The notes beneath the pieces are model-generated. The model was given only the letters and a program-made list of their open reading frames with translations. It was not told the origin of the DNA and did no database searches. From the NCBI RefSeq assembly GCF_053078305.1, contig NZ_CP166879.1: a DNA stretch of 64,000 nucleotides. One strand, written 5' to 3'. Below are positions 10,606 to 21,109 of this stretch, one piece after another (positions within the stretch are counted from its first letter, which is position 1; each line of letters opens with the position of its first letter). The position numbers and the translations under genes are program-made.

Positions 10606-11280
10606 ATGAAAGGATTATTATCTTTACTCATTTTTTCTATGGTCCTTCCTGCACATGCCGGAATTGTTATCTACGGGACGCGCATTATTTACCCGGCAGA
10701 AAATAAAGAAGTTATGGTGCAGTTGATGAACCAGGGAAACCGTTCTTCGCTGCTGCAGGCGTGGATTGATGATGGCGATACGTCATTACCACCAGAAAAA
10801 ATTCAGGTTCCTTTCATGTTAACGCCACCAGTGGCAAAAATAGGGGCAAATTCCGGGCAGCAAGTAAAAATCAAAATTATGCCGAATAAACTGCCCACTA
10901 ATAAAGAAAGCATTTTTTATCTGAATGTTCTGGATATTCCACCAAATAGTCCAGAACAAGAAGGTAAGAATGCACTGAAGTTTGCGATGCAAAACAGAAT
11001 CAAATTGTTTTACCGGCCGGCGGGTATTGCTCCGGTAAATAAAGCGACCTTTAAAAAGTTACTGGTAAATCGCAGTGGCAATGGATTGGTGATAAAAAAT
11101 GACTCAGCTAATTGGGTGACGATTTCGGATGTCAAAGCTAATAATGTCAAAGTCAATTATGAAACTATTATGATTGCCCCCTTAGAAAGTCAGAGTGTTA
11201 ATGTCAAAAGTAATAATGCAAATAACTGGCATCTGACCATTATCGATGACCATGGCAACTATATTAGTGACAAAATTTAA
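10606..11280 (+). CDS. yehC: Fimbrial periplasmic chaperone (PapD-like)
   Basis: 224 aa with signal peptide; the yehD–yehC–yehB–yehA arrangement is typical of a chaperone-usher operon. Confidence 0.85.
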   Translation: MKGLLSLLIFSMVLPAHAGIVIYGTRIIYPAENKEVMVQLMNQGNRSSLLQAWIDDGDTSLPPEKIQVPFMLTPPVAKIGANSGQQVKIKIMPNKLPTNKESIFYLNVLDIPPNSPEQEGKNALKFAMQNRIKLFYRPAGIAPVNKATFKKLLVNRSGNGLVIKNDSANWVTISDVKANNVKVNYETIMIAPLESQSVNVKSNNANNWHLTIIDDHGNYISDKI

Positions 11281-11295
11281 TTGCAGGAGCTGCCT

Positions 11296-13776
11296 ATGTT
11301 GAGAATGACCCCACTTGCATCAGCAATCGTAGCGTTATTGCTCGGCATTGAAGCTTATGCAGCTGAAGAAACCTTTGATACCCATTTTATGATAGGTGGA
11401 ATGAAAGACCAGCAGGTTGCAAATATTCGTCTTGATGATAATCAACCCTTGCCGGGGCAGTATGACATCGATATTTATGTCAATAAGCAATGGCGCGGGA
11501 AATATGAGATCATTGTTAAAGACAACCCGCAAGAAACATGTTTATCAAGGGAAATTATCAAGCGGTTAGGCATTAATAGCGATAACTTCGCCAGCGGTAA
11601 GCAATGTTTAACATTTGAGCAACTTGTTCAGGGTGGGAGCTATACCTGGGATATCGGGGTTTTTCGTCTCGATTTCAGTGTCCCGCAGGCCTGGGTGGAA
11701 GAACTGGAAAGTGGCTATGTTCCACCGGAAAACTGGGAGCGGGGTATTAATGCGTTTTATACCTCTTATTATGTGAGTCAGTATTACAGTGACTATAAAG
11801 CGTCGGGTAATAGTAAGAGTACATATGTACGTTTTAACAGCGGGTTAAATTTACTGGGGTGGCAACTGCATTCTGATGCCAGTTTCAGTAAAACAAATAA
11901 CAATCCAGGGGTGTGGAAAAGCAATACCCTGTATCTGGAACGTGGATTTGCCCAACTTCTCGGCACGCTTCGCGTGGGTGATATGTACACATCAAGCGAT
12001 ATTTTTGATTCTGTTCGCTTCAGAGGTGTGCGGTTGTTTCGTGATATGCAGATGTTGCCTAACTCGAAACAAAATTTTACGCCACGGGTGCAGGGGATTG
12101 CTCAGAGTAACGCGCTGGTAACTATTGAACAGAATGGTTTTGTGGTTTATCAGAAAGAGGTTCCTCCTGGCCCGTTTGCGATTACAGATTTGCAGTTGGC
12201 CGGTGGTGGAGCAGATCTTGATGTCAGCGTGAAAGAGGCGGACGGTTCGGTAACCACCTATCTGGTGCCTTATGCAGCCGTGCCAAATATGCTGCAACCC
12301 GGCGTGTCGAAATATGATTTTGCGGCGGGCCGTAGCCATATTGAAGGGGCGAGCAAACAAAGTGATTTTGTCCAGGCGGGTTATCAGTATGGTTTTAATA
12401 ACTTATTGACGCTGTATGGTGGCTCGATGGTCGCGAATAATTATTACGCGTTCACTTTGGGGACTGGCTGGAATACACGCATTGGTGCCATTTCCGTCGA
12501 TGCCACGAAGTCGCATAGTAAACAAGACAACGGCGATGTGTTTGACGGGCAAAGTTATCAAATTGCCTATAACAAATTTGTGAGCCAAACGTCGACGCGT
12601 TTTGGTCTGGCGGCCTGGCGTTATTCGTCGCGTGATTATCGGACATTTAATGATCACGTTTGGGCTAACAATAAAGATAATTATCGCCGTGATGAAAACG
12701 ATGTCTATGACATTGCCGATTATTACCAGAACGATTTTGGCCGTAAAAATAGCTTTTCTGCCAATATGAGCCAGTCATTGCCAGAAGGCTGGGGTTCTGT
12801 GTCATTAAGTACGTTATGGCGAGATTACTGGGGGCGTAGCGGCAGTAGTAAGGATTATCAGTTGAGTTATTCCAACAACCTGCGACGGATAAGCTATACC
12901 CTCGCGGCAAGCCAGGCTTATGACGAGAATCATCATGAAGAGAAACGTTTTAATATTTTTATATCGATTCCCTTTGATTGGGGTGATGACGTTTCGACGC
13001 CTCGTCGGCAAATATATATGTCTAACTCAACGACGTTTGATGATCAGGGGTTTGCCTCAAATAATACGGGATTATCAGGAACAGTAGGGAGTCGGGATCA
13101 GTTCAATTATGGTGTCAACCTGAGTCATCAACATCAGGGAAATGAAACGACAGCTGGAGCGAATTTAACCTGGAACGCGCCGGTTGCGACAGTGAATGGC
13201 AGTTATAGTCAGTCGAGTACTTATCGACAGGCTGGAGCCAGTGTTTCAGGGGGCATTGTCGCCTGGTCGGGTGGCGTTAATCTGGCGAACCGTCTTTCCG
13301 AAACGTTTGCTGTGATGAATGCGCCAGGAATTAAAGATGCTTATGTCAATGGGCAAAAATATCGCACAACAAACCGTAATGGAGTGGTGGTATACGACGG
13401 AATGACACCTTATCGGGAAAATCACCTGATGCTGGATGTGTCGCAAAGCGATAGCGAAGCAGAATTGCGCGGTAACCGGAAAATTGCCGCCTCTTATCGC
13501 GGCGCGGTTGTACTGGTTAATTTTGATACCGATCAGCGCAAGCCCTGGTTTATAAAAGCGTTAAGAGCGGATGGGCAACCATTAACGTTTGGTTATGAAG
13601 TCAATGATATCCACGGTCATAATATTGGCGTTGTCGGCCAGGGAAGTCAGTTATTTATTCGCACCAATGAAGTACCGCCATCGGTTAATGTGGCAATTAA
13701 TAAGCAACAAGGACTTTCATGCACAATCACCTTCGGTAAAGAGATTGATGAAAGTAGAAATTATATTTGCCAGTAA
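11296..13776 (+). CDS. yehB: Fimbrial outer-membrane usher
   Basis: About 826 aa with a signal peptide, the size expected for a fimbrial usher. Start taken at MLRMTPLASA. Confidence 0.88.
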   Translation: MLRMTPLASAIVALLLGIEAYAAEETFDTHFMIGGMKDQQVANIRLDDNQPLPGQYDIDIYVNKQWRGKYEIIVKDNPQETCLSREIIKRLGINSDNFASGKQCLTFEQLVQGGSYTWDIGVFRLDFSVPQAWVEELESGYVPPENWERGINAFYTSYYVSQYYSDYKASGNSKSTYVRFNSGLNLLGWQLHSDASFSKTNNNPGVWKSNTLYLERGFAQLLGTLRVGDMYTSSDIFDSVRFRGVRLFRDMQMLPNSKQNFTPRVQGIAQSNALVTIEQNGFVVYQKEVPPGPFAITDLQLAGGGADLDVSVKEADGSVTTYLVPYAAVPNMLQPGVSKYDFAAGRSHIEGASKQSDFVQAGYQYGFNNLLTLYGGSMVANNYYAFTLGTGWNTRIGAISVDATKSHSKQDNGDVFDGQSYQIAYNKFVSQTSTRFGLAAWRYSSRDYRTFNDHVWANNKDNYRRDENDVYDIADYYQNDFGRKNSFSANMSQSLPEGWGSVSLSTLWRDYWGRSGSSKDYQLSYSNNLRRISYTLAASQAYDENHHEEKRFNIFISIPFDWGDDVSTPRRQIYMSNSTTFDDQGFASNNTGLSGTVGSRDQFNYGVNLSHQHQGNETTAGANLTWNAPVATVNGSYSQSSTYRQAGASVSGGIVAWSGGVNLANRLSETFAVMNAPGIKDAYVNGQKYRTTNRNGVVVYDGMTPYRENHLMLDVSQSDSEAELRGNRKIAASYRGAVVLVNFDTDQRKPWFIKALRADGQPLTFGYEVNDIHGHNIGVVGQGSQLFIRTNEVPPSVNVAINKQQGLSCTITFGKEIDESRNYICQ

Positions 13777-13791
13777 TAGTCAGGTGGTTCT

Positions 13792-14826
13792 ATGAAAATT
13801 CGCATAATGCTATTTATATTAATGATGATGGTTATGCCAGTGAGTTATGCTGCATGTTATGGCGAGTTGTCAGCACAGCATAATTTGGTTGTTCAGGGGG
13901 ATTTTGCGCTAACTCAAAATCAAACAGCAACTCATACATATACTTTTAATGATACTTCTTGCGTCAGTACTAATACAGTAGCGCAGATAGACCCCTCGGA
14001 TATTGTGATTGGACTCTATAATGACACCATCAAACTTAAGTTGCATTTTGAATGGGAGAAAAAAGGTAGCATCACGCTTTCAAATAACCAAACTAGTTTT
14101 ACGAGTGGATATAATGTCACTGTGACATCGGCAGCGAGCGATGCCATAGTGAATTTGTCTGGTGGGGGAAGTGGATCTCTCATGATTAACAGTGTCGCGA
14201 CATTAAGCAGTGCTTCATCATCTACTCGTTTGGCTGCTTTTTTACAATTTGCAGGTTGTTTTCTAGGCGGCACCTCATGGGATATCTGTGTGCAAAACTA
14301 TAAAAATGCATTATCAAAAAATGCAGGTGTCTATTCCTTTAATCTGGCATTGTCATATAACCCGATAACAACGACCTGCAAACCTGATGATTTATTAATT
14401 ACTTTAGAGAGTATTCCAATTTTACAATTACCAACCACAGGTAACAAAGCAACAATAAATAGTAAACAAGGGGATATTATTCTGCGCTGTAAAAATTTAT
14501 TAGGTCAGCAGAATCAAACATCACGGAGAATGCAGGTGTATTTATCAAGTTCTGATTTGTTAGCCGGCAGTAACACGATCCTGAAAGGTGCAGAAGATAA
14601 TGGAGTCGGATTTATTCTTGAAAGTAATGGTTCGCCAGTCACACTTTTAAATATCACTAACAGCAGTAAAGGATACACAAATTTAAAAGAAATTGCGGCA
14701 AAGTCAAAACTTACAGATACAACGGTTTCAATTCCGATAACTGCCAGTTACTACGTCTACGATACAAATAAAATTAAATCTGGCGCACTGGAGGCAACCG
14801 CATTAATCAACGTGAAATACGACTAA
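13792..14826 (+). CDS. yehA: Fimbrial adhesin-like protein
   Basis: 344 aa with signal peptide; last gene of the yeh operon. Confidence 0.8.
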   Translation: MKIRIMLFILMMMVMPVSYAACYGELSAQHNLVVQGDFALTQNQTATHTYTFNDTSCVSTNTVAQIDPSDIVIGLYNDTIKLKLHFEWEKKGSITLSNNQTSFTSGYNVTVTSAASDAIVNLSGGGSGSLMINSVATLSSASSSTRLAAFLQFAGCFLGGTSWDICVQNYKNALSKNAGVYSFNLALSYNPITTTCKPDDLLITLESIPILQLPTTGNKATINSKQGDIILRCKNLLGQQNQTSRRMQVYLSSSDLLAGSNTILKGAEDNGVGFILESNGSPVTLLNITNSSKGYTNLKEIAAKSKLTDTTVSIPITASYYVYDTNKIKSGALEATALINVKYD

Positions 14827-14882
14827 TAACAAGCAAGACGAGCAAGTGGCTAATAATAAAAAATAACAAGGTGTCTGCATTT

Positions 14883-14909
14883 CCCCCTCATGATGAGGGG
14901 GCTTTTTTT
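14883..14909 (+). terminator. Intrinsic terminator after yehA
   Basis: Perfect palindrome ccccctcatgatgaggggg followed by cttttttta. Confidence 0.55.
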
Positions 14910-15246
14910 AGCGATGATAAAAAATCTCACCGTCGTAGGCTTTAATGATTTTACCGTCGGTGTCGCTGATCAACACGTACGCGCCACCCATATAGGTCCA
15001 GTGGGTTCCGGCGTCAGGTGCGGGCAGGTTACGCAACTGCCACTGCTTAATGTTGTACTCATCGGTACGGTACATTTCTGGTACTGTGTCCCCTGGTTTG
15101 AAATGCTTAAAGTCAGCAATGAAACTGCTTAACTCATACTTAGAAATTCCCGAGGTATTGGTCGAACCCGCGGTGGCTGGTGCGGCCCAGGCGGCACTGG
15201 TAACCAGCAAAAGCGCACCCAGCAACATCTTATATTTAATGGTCAT
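14908..15246 (-). CDS. rcnB: Periplasmic protein involved in Ni/Co homeostasis
   Basis: Start taken at MTIKYKMLLGALLLVTSAAWA (signal peptide), inside a longer track ORF; adjacent to rcnA. Confidence 0.8.
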   Translation of the reverse strand: MTIKYKMLLGALLLVTSAAWAAPATAGSTNTSGISKYELSSFIADFKHFKPGDTVPEMYRTDEYNIKQWQLRNLPAPDAGTHWTYMGGAYVLISDTDGKIIKAYDGEIFYHR

Positions 15247-15463
15247 AAATTCTCCACTTTGGGGATCTGTAATATCAGTCGCATATCTTTCATGCCATAC
15301 AATATAACTGACAAGAGATATTTTGTTAGTCATCCCGTGATTTCGTAAAAAGTGTAAATGAAAGGATGTAGCAAAAGCATCCTCATTGAGCGAGAAGTGA
15401 GCGGAATAAGCTGATTTAAGAATCATCCTGGGCTAAAAGGATAGCGAAGCCCAGGTGATTGTT

Positions 15464-16288
15464 TTATCTCATAATACCCATAAAGCCATGCACTCCCATA
15501 TACACCCCAACTAAGCCAATCAACAGACTGGAAAAATAGGGGGCGCGTTTAGCGAGAGTGTTAAATCCGCTCCAGCGTTTTGCGACCTGCTGAACGCTGA
15601 TTGCTGCGCTAACGCCTACGGTGACAAGCGTTAACGCCAGGCCAATGCTGAAACTGACGACCAGTGTTGCGCCCAGTGTCAGGGCTTTCAACTGAATGCA
15701 AATCAACAGCACGGTAATTGCTGCCGGGCAGGGGATAAGGCCACCGGTTAAGCCAAATAGCAAAATTTGCCAGTTGGTGACCTCTCTACCATCAAAGCGT
15801 CGTTTAATGTCATTGGCATGGGCTCGTGCATGGGCATCCTGATACTCGCCATGTTCGTGATGGTGATGATGTCCATGGTCGTGGTGATCTTCGTGATCGT
15901 GATGATGATGCTCATAATCATGCCCGTGCATATTCTCCAGCCAGTTGCGTTCGCCGCGCCAGGTACGCCAGAACATCCAGAACGCGGTGCCAATAATGAT
16001 CACTGCGGAAATCAACTGGAGCCACGGTTCTGCTGATTGAGCAGTAAAGCGCTTGCTGATCACCATCCCGCCAAAGGCAATCAACCAGACCACCGCGGTA
16101 TGCGAAATAGTTGCTGCCAGTCCGAGCATCACCGCCTGTTTAATGGTGCCTTTGATGGCGATGATAAACGCCGCCATCATCGTTTTTGAGTGCCCTGGTT
16201 CCAGGCCATGAAGCGCACCAAGTAAGATGGCGCTGGGGATGAAGAACCAGGCGTTTCCTTGCTGAAGAAGAGTTGTAAATTCGGTCAT
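15464..16288 (-). CDS. rcnA: Nickel/cobalt efflux permease
   Basis: 274-aa membrane protein with a very histidine-rich loop (HGHDYEHHHHDHEDHHDHGHHHHHEHGEY). Confidence 0.92.
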   Translation of the reverse strand: MTEFTTLLQQGNAWFFIPSAILLGALHGLEPGHSKTMMAAFIIAIKGTIKQAVMLGLAATISHTAVVWLIAFGGMVISKRFTAQSAEPWLQLISAVIIIGTAFWMFWRTWRGERNWLENMHGHDYEHHHHDHEDHHDHGHHHHHEHGEYQDAHARAHANDIKRRFDGREVTNWQILLFGLTGGLIPCPAAITVLLICIQLKALTLGATLVVSFSIGLALTLVTVGVSAAISVQQVAKRWSGFNTLAKRAPYFSSLLIGLVGVYMGVHGFMGIMR

Positions 16289-16325
16289 GATAATAATTCT
16301 TAGTATTAATTAGGTAATCTGATTC

Positions 16326-16360
16326 TACTCCCCCCCAGTACCTGATACTACCCCCCAGTA
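16326..16360. promoter_or_regulatory. Two RcnR operator sites (TACT-G/C tract-AGTA) in the rcnA–rcnR divergent promoter region
   Basis: tactcccccccagta (16326-16340) and tactaccccccagta (16346-16360). These match the G-tract palindromes I recall as RcnR binding sites. Confidence 0.7.
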
Positions 16361-16408
16361 GATTAATAGTGCTATGATTTTTCATATTCTTGTTAACCAG
16401 GTGTTGCC

Positions 16409-16681
16409 ATGTCTCATACAATCCGTGATAAACAGAAACTGAAAGCGCGTGCCAGTAAGATTCAGGGCCAGGTCGTGGCGCTCAAGAATATGCTCGACGA
16501 GCCGCACGAATGCGCTGCAGTTTTACAACAGATTGCTGCTATCCGTGGCGCGGTAAACGGTCTGATGCGGGAAGTGATTAAAGGTCATCTAACGGAACAT
16601 ATCGTTCACCAGGGGGATGAGCTAAAACGTGAAGAAGATCTGGATGTCGTTCTGAAGGTGCTGGATTCATATATCAAATAA
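16409..16681 (+). CDS. rcnR: Ni/Co-responsive transcriptional repressor (CsoR/RcnR family)
   Basis: 90 aa; divergent from rcnA. Confidence 0.9.
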   Translation: MSHTIRDKQKLKARASKIQGQVVALKNMLDEPHECAAVLQQIAAIRGAVNGLMREVIKGHLTEHIVHQGDELKREEDLDVVLKVLDSYIK

Positions 16682-16770
16682 TTTATTAACGCTATTGTAA
16701 AACTGCCGTTTTTCCTCGTTTACAACGCGTGCGCTGGACATTACCATCTTCCTCTGCGATTTATCATCGC

Positions 16771-16903
16771 AACCAAACGACTCGGGGTGCCCTTCTGCGT
16801 GAAGGCTGAGAAATACCCGTATCACCTGATCTGGATAATGCCAGCGTAGGGAAGTCACGGACCACCAGGTCATTGCTTCTTCACGCTATGGCAGGAGCAA
16901 ACT
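16771..16903 (+). ncRNA. TPP (thi-box) riboswitch in the thiM leader
   Basis: The leader aaccaaacgactcggggtgcccttctgcgtgaaggctgagaaatacccgtatcacctgatctggataatgccagcgtagggaa contains the conserved thi-box elements (ctgaga, acctgatctggataatgccagcg) immediately upstream of the thiM ATG. Confidence 0.85.
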
Positions 16904-17692
16904 ATGCAAGTCGACCTGCTGAGTTCCGCGCAATCTGCGCACACGTTACACCTTTTTCACCAACATTCCCCTCTTGTGCACTGCATGACCAACGATGTGG
17001 TGCAAACCTTTACTGCCAATACCTTGCTGGCGCTCGGTGCATCGCCAGCGATGGTTATCGAAACCGAAGAGGCCAGTCAGTTTGCGGCTATTGCCAGTGC
17101 GTTGCTGATTAACGTTGGCACGCTGACGCAGCTACGCGCACAGGCGATGTGTGCCGCCGTTGAGCAAGCAAAAAGCTCTCAAACACCCTGGACGCTTGAT
17201 CCAGTAGCGGTTGGTGCGCTCGATTATCGTCGCCGTTTTTGTCTGGAAGTTCTGTCTCATAAGCCAACCGCCATACGTGGTAATGCTTCGGAAATCATGG
17301 CATTAGCTGGCATTGCTAATGGCGGACGGGGAGTGGATACCACTGACGCCGCAGCTAACGCGATACCCGCTGCACAAACACTGGCACGGGAAACTGGCGC
17401 AATCGTCGTGGTCACTGGCGAGATGGATTATGTTACCGATGGACATCGTATCATTGGTATTCACGGTGGCGATCCGTTAATGACCAAAGTGGTAGGAACT
17501 GGCTGTGCATTATCGGCGGTTGTCGCTGCCTGCTGTGCGTTACCAGGCGATACGCTGGAAAATGTCGCATCTGCCTGTCACTGGATGAAACAAGCCGGAG
17601 AGCGCGCAGTCGCCAGAAGCGAGGGGCCAGGCAGTTTTGTTCCACATTTCCTTGATGCGCTCTGGCAATTGACGCAGGAGGTGCAGGCATGA
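16904..17692 (+). CDS. thiM: Hydroxyethylthiazole kinase
   Basis: 262 aa; follows the TPP riboswitch and overlaps thiD by 4 bp. Confidence 0.93.
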   Translation: MQVDLLSSAQSAHTLHLFHQHSPLVHCMTNDVVQTFTANTLLALGASPAMVIETEEASQFAAIASALLINVGTLTQLRAQAMCAAVEQAKSSQTPWTLDPVAVGALDYRRRFCLEVLSHKPTAIRGNASEIMALAGIANGGRGVDTTDAAANAIPAAQTLARETGAIVVVTGEMDYVTDGHRIIGIHGGDPLMTKVVGTGCALSAVVAACCALPGDTLENVASACHWMKQAGERAVARSEGPGSFVPHFLDALWQLTQEVQA

Positions 17693-18489
17693 AACGAATT
17701 AACGCTCTGACGATTGCCGGTACTGATCCGAGTGGTGGTGCGGGGATTCAGGCCGATCTTAAAACCTTCTCGGCACTTGGCGCTTATGGTTGCTCAGTTA
17801 TTACTGCACTGGTGGCGCAAAATACCCGTGGCGTACAGTCGGTGTATCGCATTGAGCCTGATTTTGTCGCCGCCCAGCTCGATTCGGTGTTCAGCGATGT
17901 GCGAATCGACACCACTAAAATCGGTATGTTGGCGGAAACCGATATTGTTGAAGCGGTGGCAGAACGGTTGCAACGTTATCAGATCCAAAACGTGGTACTC
18001 GACACCGTTATGCTGGCAAAAAGCGGCGACCCACTGCTTTCACCTTCGGCAGTTGCCACGCTACGCAGTCGATTATTGCCACAGGTTTCATTAATAACGC
18101 CAAACTTGCCCGAAGCAGCCGCCTTGCTCGACGCGCCACACGCGCGCACCGAACAGGAAATGCTGGAACAAGGACGATCGCTGTTGGCGATGGGCTGTGG
18201 CGCAGTGCTAATGAAAGGTGGTCATCTGGATGATGAGCAAAGCCCGGACTGGCTGTTTACCCGCGAGGGTGAACAACGGTTTACCGCACCGCGCATTATG
18301 ACCAAAAACACCCACGGCACTGGTTGTACACTCTCTGCGGCGTTGGCTGCACTACGCCCGCGCCATACAAACTGGGCTGACACCGTACAGGAGGCAAAAA
18401 GCTGGCTTTCATCGGCGTTAGCCCAGGCCGACACGCTGGAAGTTGGTCACGGTATTGGTCCGGTTCACCACTTCCACGCCTGGTGGTGA
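17689..18489 (+). CDS. thiD: Hydroxymethylpyrimidine / phosphomethylpyrimidine kinase
   Basis: 266 aa; translationally coupled to thiM. Confidence 0.93.
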   Translation: MKRINALTIAGTDPSGGAGIQADLKTFSALGAYGCSVITALVAQNTRGVQSVYRIEPDFVAAQLDSVFSDVRIDTTKIGMLAETDIVEAVAERLQRYQIQNVVLDTVMLAKSGDPLLSPSAVATLRSRLLPQVSLITPNLPEAAALLDAPHARTEQEMLEQGRSLLAMGCGAVLMKGGHLDDEQSPDWLFTREGEQRFTAPRIMTKNTHGTGCTLSAALAALRPRHTNWADTVQEAKSWLSSALAQADTLEVGHGIGPVHHFHAWW

Positions 18490-18544
18490 GCACCGTACTA
18501 TAGCTGCTTTGGTTATTGTCAGCCTTTGGCACTGACATTCAGGG

Positions 18545-19372
18545 ATGAAACCAATGCAGCTAAGAATTACCAGTCGAAAAAAACTCACCGCTCTATTATG
18601 CGCTCTTGGGCTAATTTCCATCGTTGCAATTTATCCGCGTCAGACGGTGAATTTTTTCTATTCGACAGCAATTCAGATTAAAGACTACATCCACTTCTAC
18701 GGTTATCGCCCGGTTAAATCTTTCGCTATTCGCATTCCTGCCAGTTACACCATTCACGGAATAGATGTTTCGCGCTGGCAGGAGCGGATCGACTGGCAGC
18801 GGGTGGCAAAAATGCGCGACAACGGTATCCGCTTACAGTTTGCTTTTATTAAGGCGACGGAAGGCGAAAAGCTGGTGGACCCGTATTTTTCGCGTAACTG
18901 GCAACTAAGCCGCGAAAATGGCCTGCTGCGCTGGGCGTATCATTATTTCTCCCCGTCGGTAGCAGCGCCTGTTCAGGCGCGATTATTTCTGCAAACGGTG
19001 GATTTCTCACAAGGCGATTTCCCTGCCGTGCTGGACGTAGAAGAACGGGGAAAATTATCGGCAAAAGAATTACGCAAGCGGGTAAGTCAGTGGCTAAAAA
19101 TGGTCGAAAAAAGTACGGGAAAAAAGCCGATTATTTACTCAGGAGCCGTTTTTTATCACACCAATCTGGCGGGCTACTTCAATGAATATCCGTGGTGGGT
19201 GGCGCACTACTATCAACGTCGTCCGGACAATGACGGAATGGCCTGGCGCTTCTGGCAGCATTCCGACCGTGGACAGGTAGATGGCATCAATGGTCCGGTG
19301 GATTTTAATGTGTTTAATGGCACGGTGGAGGAGTTGCAGACATTCGTTGATGGGATTAAAGAAACGCCTTAA
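18545..19372 (+). CDS. yegX: Glycoside hydrolase family 25-like (lysozyme-like) protein
   Basis: 275-aa ORF with an N-terminal hydrophobic segment; position matches yegX. The true start may be a few codons downstream. Confidence 0.7.
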   Translation: MKPMQLRITSRKKLTALLCALGLISIVAIYPRQTVNFFYSTAIQIKDYIHFYGYRPVKSFAIRIPASYTIHGIDVSRWQERIDWQRVAKMRDNGIRLQFAFIKATEGEKLVDPYFSRNWQLSRENGLLRWAYHYFSPSVAAPVQARLFLQTVDFSQGDFPAVLDVEERGKLSAKELRKRVSQWLKMVEKSTGKKPIIYSGAVFYHTNLAGYFNEYPWWVAHYYQRRPDNDGMAWRFWQHSDRGQVDGINGPVDFNVFNGTVEELQTFVDGIKETP

Positions 19373-19423
19373 ATAAGAAGCAGTGATATACTCCCACCAG
19401 ACTCCCTGGCAGGAAAAAGACAA

Positions 19424-20170
19424 ATGGAACAAGCGCATACCCAGCTGATTGCCCAACTGAACGAGCGTATTTTAGCGGCGGATAACACGCCGCTTTATAT
19501 TAAGTTTGCCGAAACGGTAAAAAATGCCGTGCGCAGCGGGGTGCTGGAGCATGGCAATATTTTGCCCGGTGAGCGTGATTTAAGTCAGTTAACCGGCGTT
19601 TCACGCATTACGGTGCGCAAGGCGATGCAGGCGCTGGAAGAAGAGGGTGTGGTGACGCGTTCGCGCGGTTACGGCACGCAGATCAACAACATCTTCGAAT
19701 ACTCGTTGAAAGAAGCGCGAGGTTTTTCTCAGCAGGTGGTATTGCGCGGGAAAAAGCCCGATACGCTATGGGTTAACAAGCGTGTCGTAAAATGTCCCGA
19801 AGAAGTCGCGCAGCAGCTGGCGGTCGAAGCGGGAAGTGATGTCTTTTTGCTTAAGCGTATTCGCTATGTCGATGAAGAAGCGGTATCGATTGAGGAATCA
19901 TGGGTTCCGGCGCATTTAATTCATGATGTTGATGCCATCGGAATTTCTCTTTATGACTATTTCCGCAGCCAGCACATTTACCCACAACGTACACGTTCCC
20001 GCGTTAGCGCCCGGATGCCAGATGCCGAGTTTCAGTCACATATTCAGTTAGATAGCAAAATACCGGTGCTGGTGATCAAGCAAGTGGCGCTTGACCAACA
20101 GCAACGGCCTATTGAATACAGCATTAGCCACTGTCGCAGCGATCTATACGTTTTTGTGTGCGAGGAGTAG
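19424..20170 (+). CDS. yegW: GntR-family transcriptional regulator
   Basis: 248 aa; N-terminal helix-turn-helix region and a C-terminal effector-binding region. Confidence 0.8.
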   Translation: MEQAHTQLIAQLNERILAADNTPLYIKFAETVKNAVRSGVLEHGNILPGERDLSQLTGVSRITVRKAMQALEEEGVVTRSRGYGTQINNIFEYSLKEARGFSQQVVLRGKKPDTLWVNKRVVKCPEEVAQQLAVEAGSDVFLLKRIRYVDEEAVSIEESWVPAHLIHDVDAIGISLYDYFRSQHIYPQRTRSRVSARMPDAEFQSHIQLDSKIPVLVIKQVALDQQQRPIEYSISHCRSDLYVFVCEE

Positions 20171-21109
20171 TTCCTCGCGCGTTGGCGCACAATCACCGCC
20201 CCGATGCCCGACAACCCACGACGCCACTGCATTGCCCAGTAATACGGCATCCGCCAGTGGCAGACCAGAGGCCAGCCCGGCAAGTACGCCACCGGCATGA
20301 CTGTCGCCCGCCCCAATGGTGTCGACAACTTGCGTTGGAAATGCCGGAATGCAGCCAGAAGCGTCGTTGCTGAAATACCATGCGCCTTCTTTATCGAGAC
20401 GAACGATCAACGGCGCGGCAAATTTCTCCTGCCATTGCTTGCCAAGTGTTGTTATCTCTGCGGATAAAGCAAAACGTTCGGCGGCAATCTCAGCCTCTTG
20501 ACGATTGAGTGACACTAAAGGGCGACAGGCCATGATCCGCGCCAGTAATGCATCCGGGATATCGCCAATACGTGGGCCAAAATCGATAAACGGCGTCACG
20601 TCTTGCAGCTCTTCCAGCCATTCCACTAACAATTCGCCGCAGGGCGAGGCCAGTTGATAACCGGAAAAATAGAGCAGGCTGCCAGGCGCAACGGTTAATC
20701 GCGCCAGCCACTGGCGATTCCACTGATTTTCCACACCGCTGAATGACATAAAAGTACGTTCGCCATCCGGCTCAACCAGCGCCAGACACCAGCCGTTATC
20801 GCCTTCGGCGTTATCGATCAGGCTGATTAACCCCTCTTTCGCCATCCGGTTGCGAATAATCTCCGCCCACACGCCCTGACCGAGCGGCAAGGCATTACCC
20901 GCTTCGATGCCGAGGCGCTTTAACGCCACGGCAATATTCAGTGCGCAGCCGCCAACGTTAACGCTCTGCTGTTTCAGTTCGATATCGCACCCACGCCAGG
21001 GGAGGGCATAAGCGTCGGCGATCACGTCAATGACCGCCGCGCCGACGACCATCACCGGCTGACGCGTGGTTAATTCAGGCAGCAGCGTGTGTAATCGAGC
21101 GCCGCTCAT
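20144..21109 (-). CDS. yegV: PfkB-family sugar/nucleoside kinase
   Basis: 321 aa with a PfkB-type motif (DTIGAGDSHAGG). Confidence 0.8.
   Translation of the reverse strand: MSGARLHTLLPELTTRQPVMVVGAAVIDVIADAYALPWRGCDIELKQQSVNVGGCALNIAVALKRLGIEAGNALPLGQGVWAEIIRNRMAKEGLISLIDNAEGDNGWCLALVEPDGERTFMSFSGVENQWNRQWLARLTVAPGSLLYFSGYQLASPCGELLVEWLEELQDVTPFIDFGPRIGDIPDALLARIMACRPLVSLNRQEAEIAAERFALSAEITTLGKQWQEKFAAPLIVRLDKEGAWYFSNDASGCIPAFPTQVVDTIGAGDSHAGGVLAGLASGLPLADAVLLGNAVASWVVGHRGGDCAPTREELLLAHKNV

Noticed and set aside
15800-15920. Highly repetitive cat/cac-rich stretch (possible microsatellite or artefact)
   Set aside because: It is in frame within rcnA and encodes the histidine-rich metal-binding loop; functional coding sequence.
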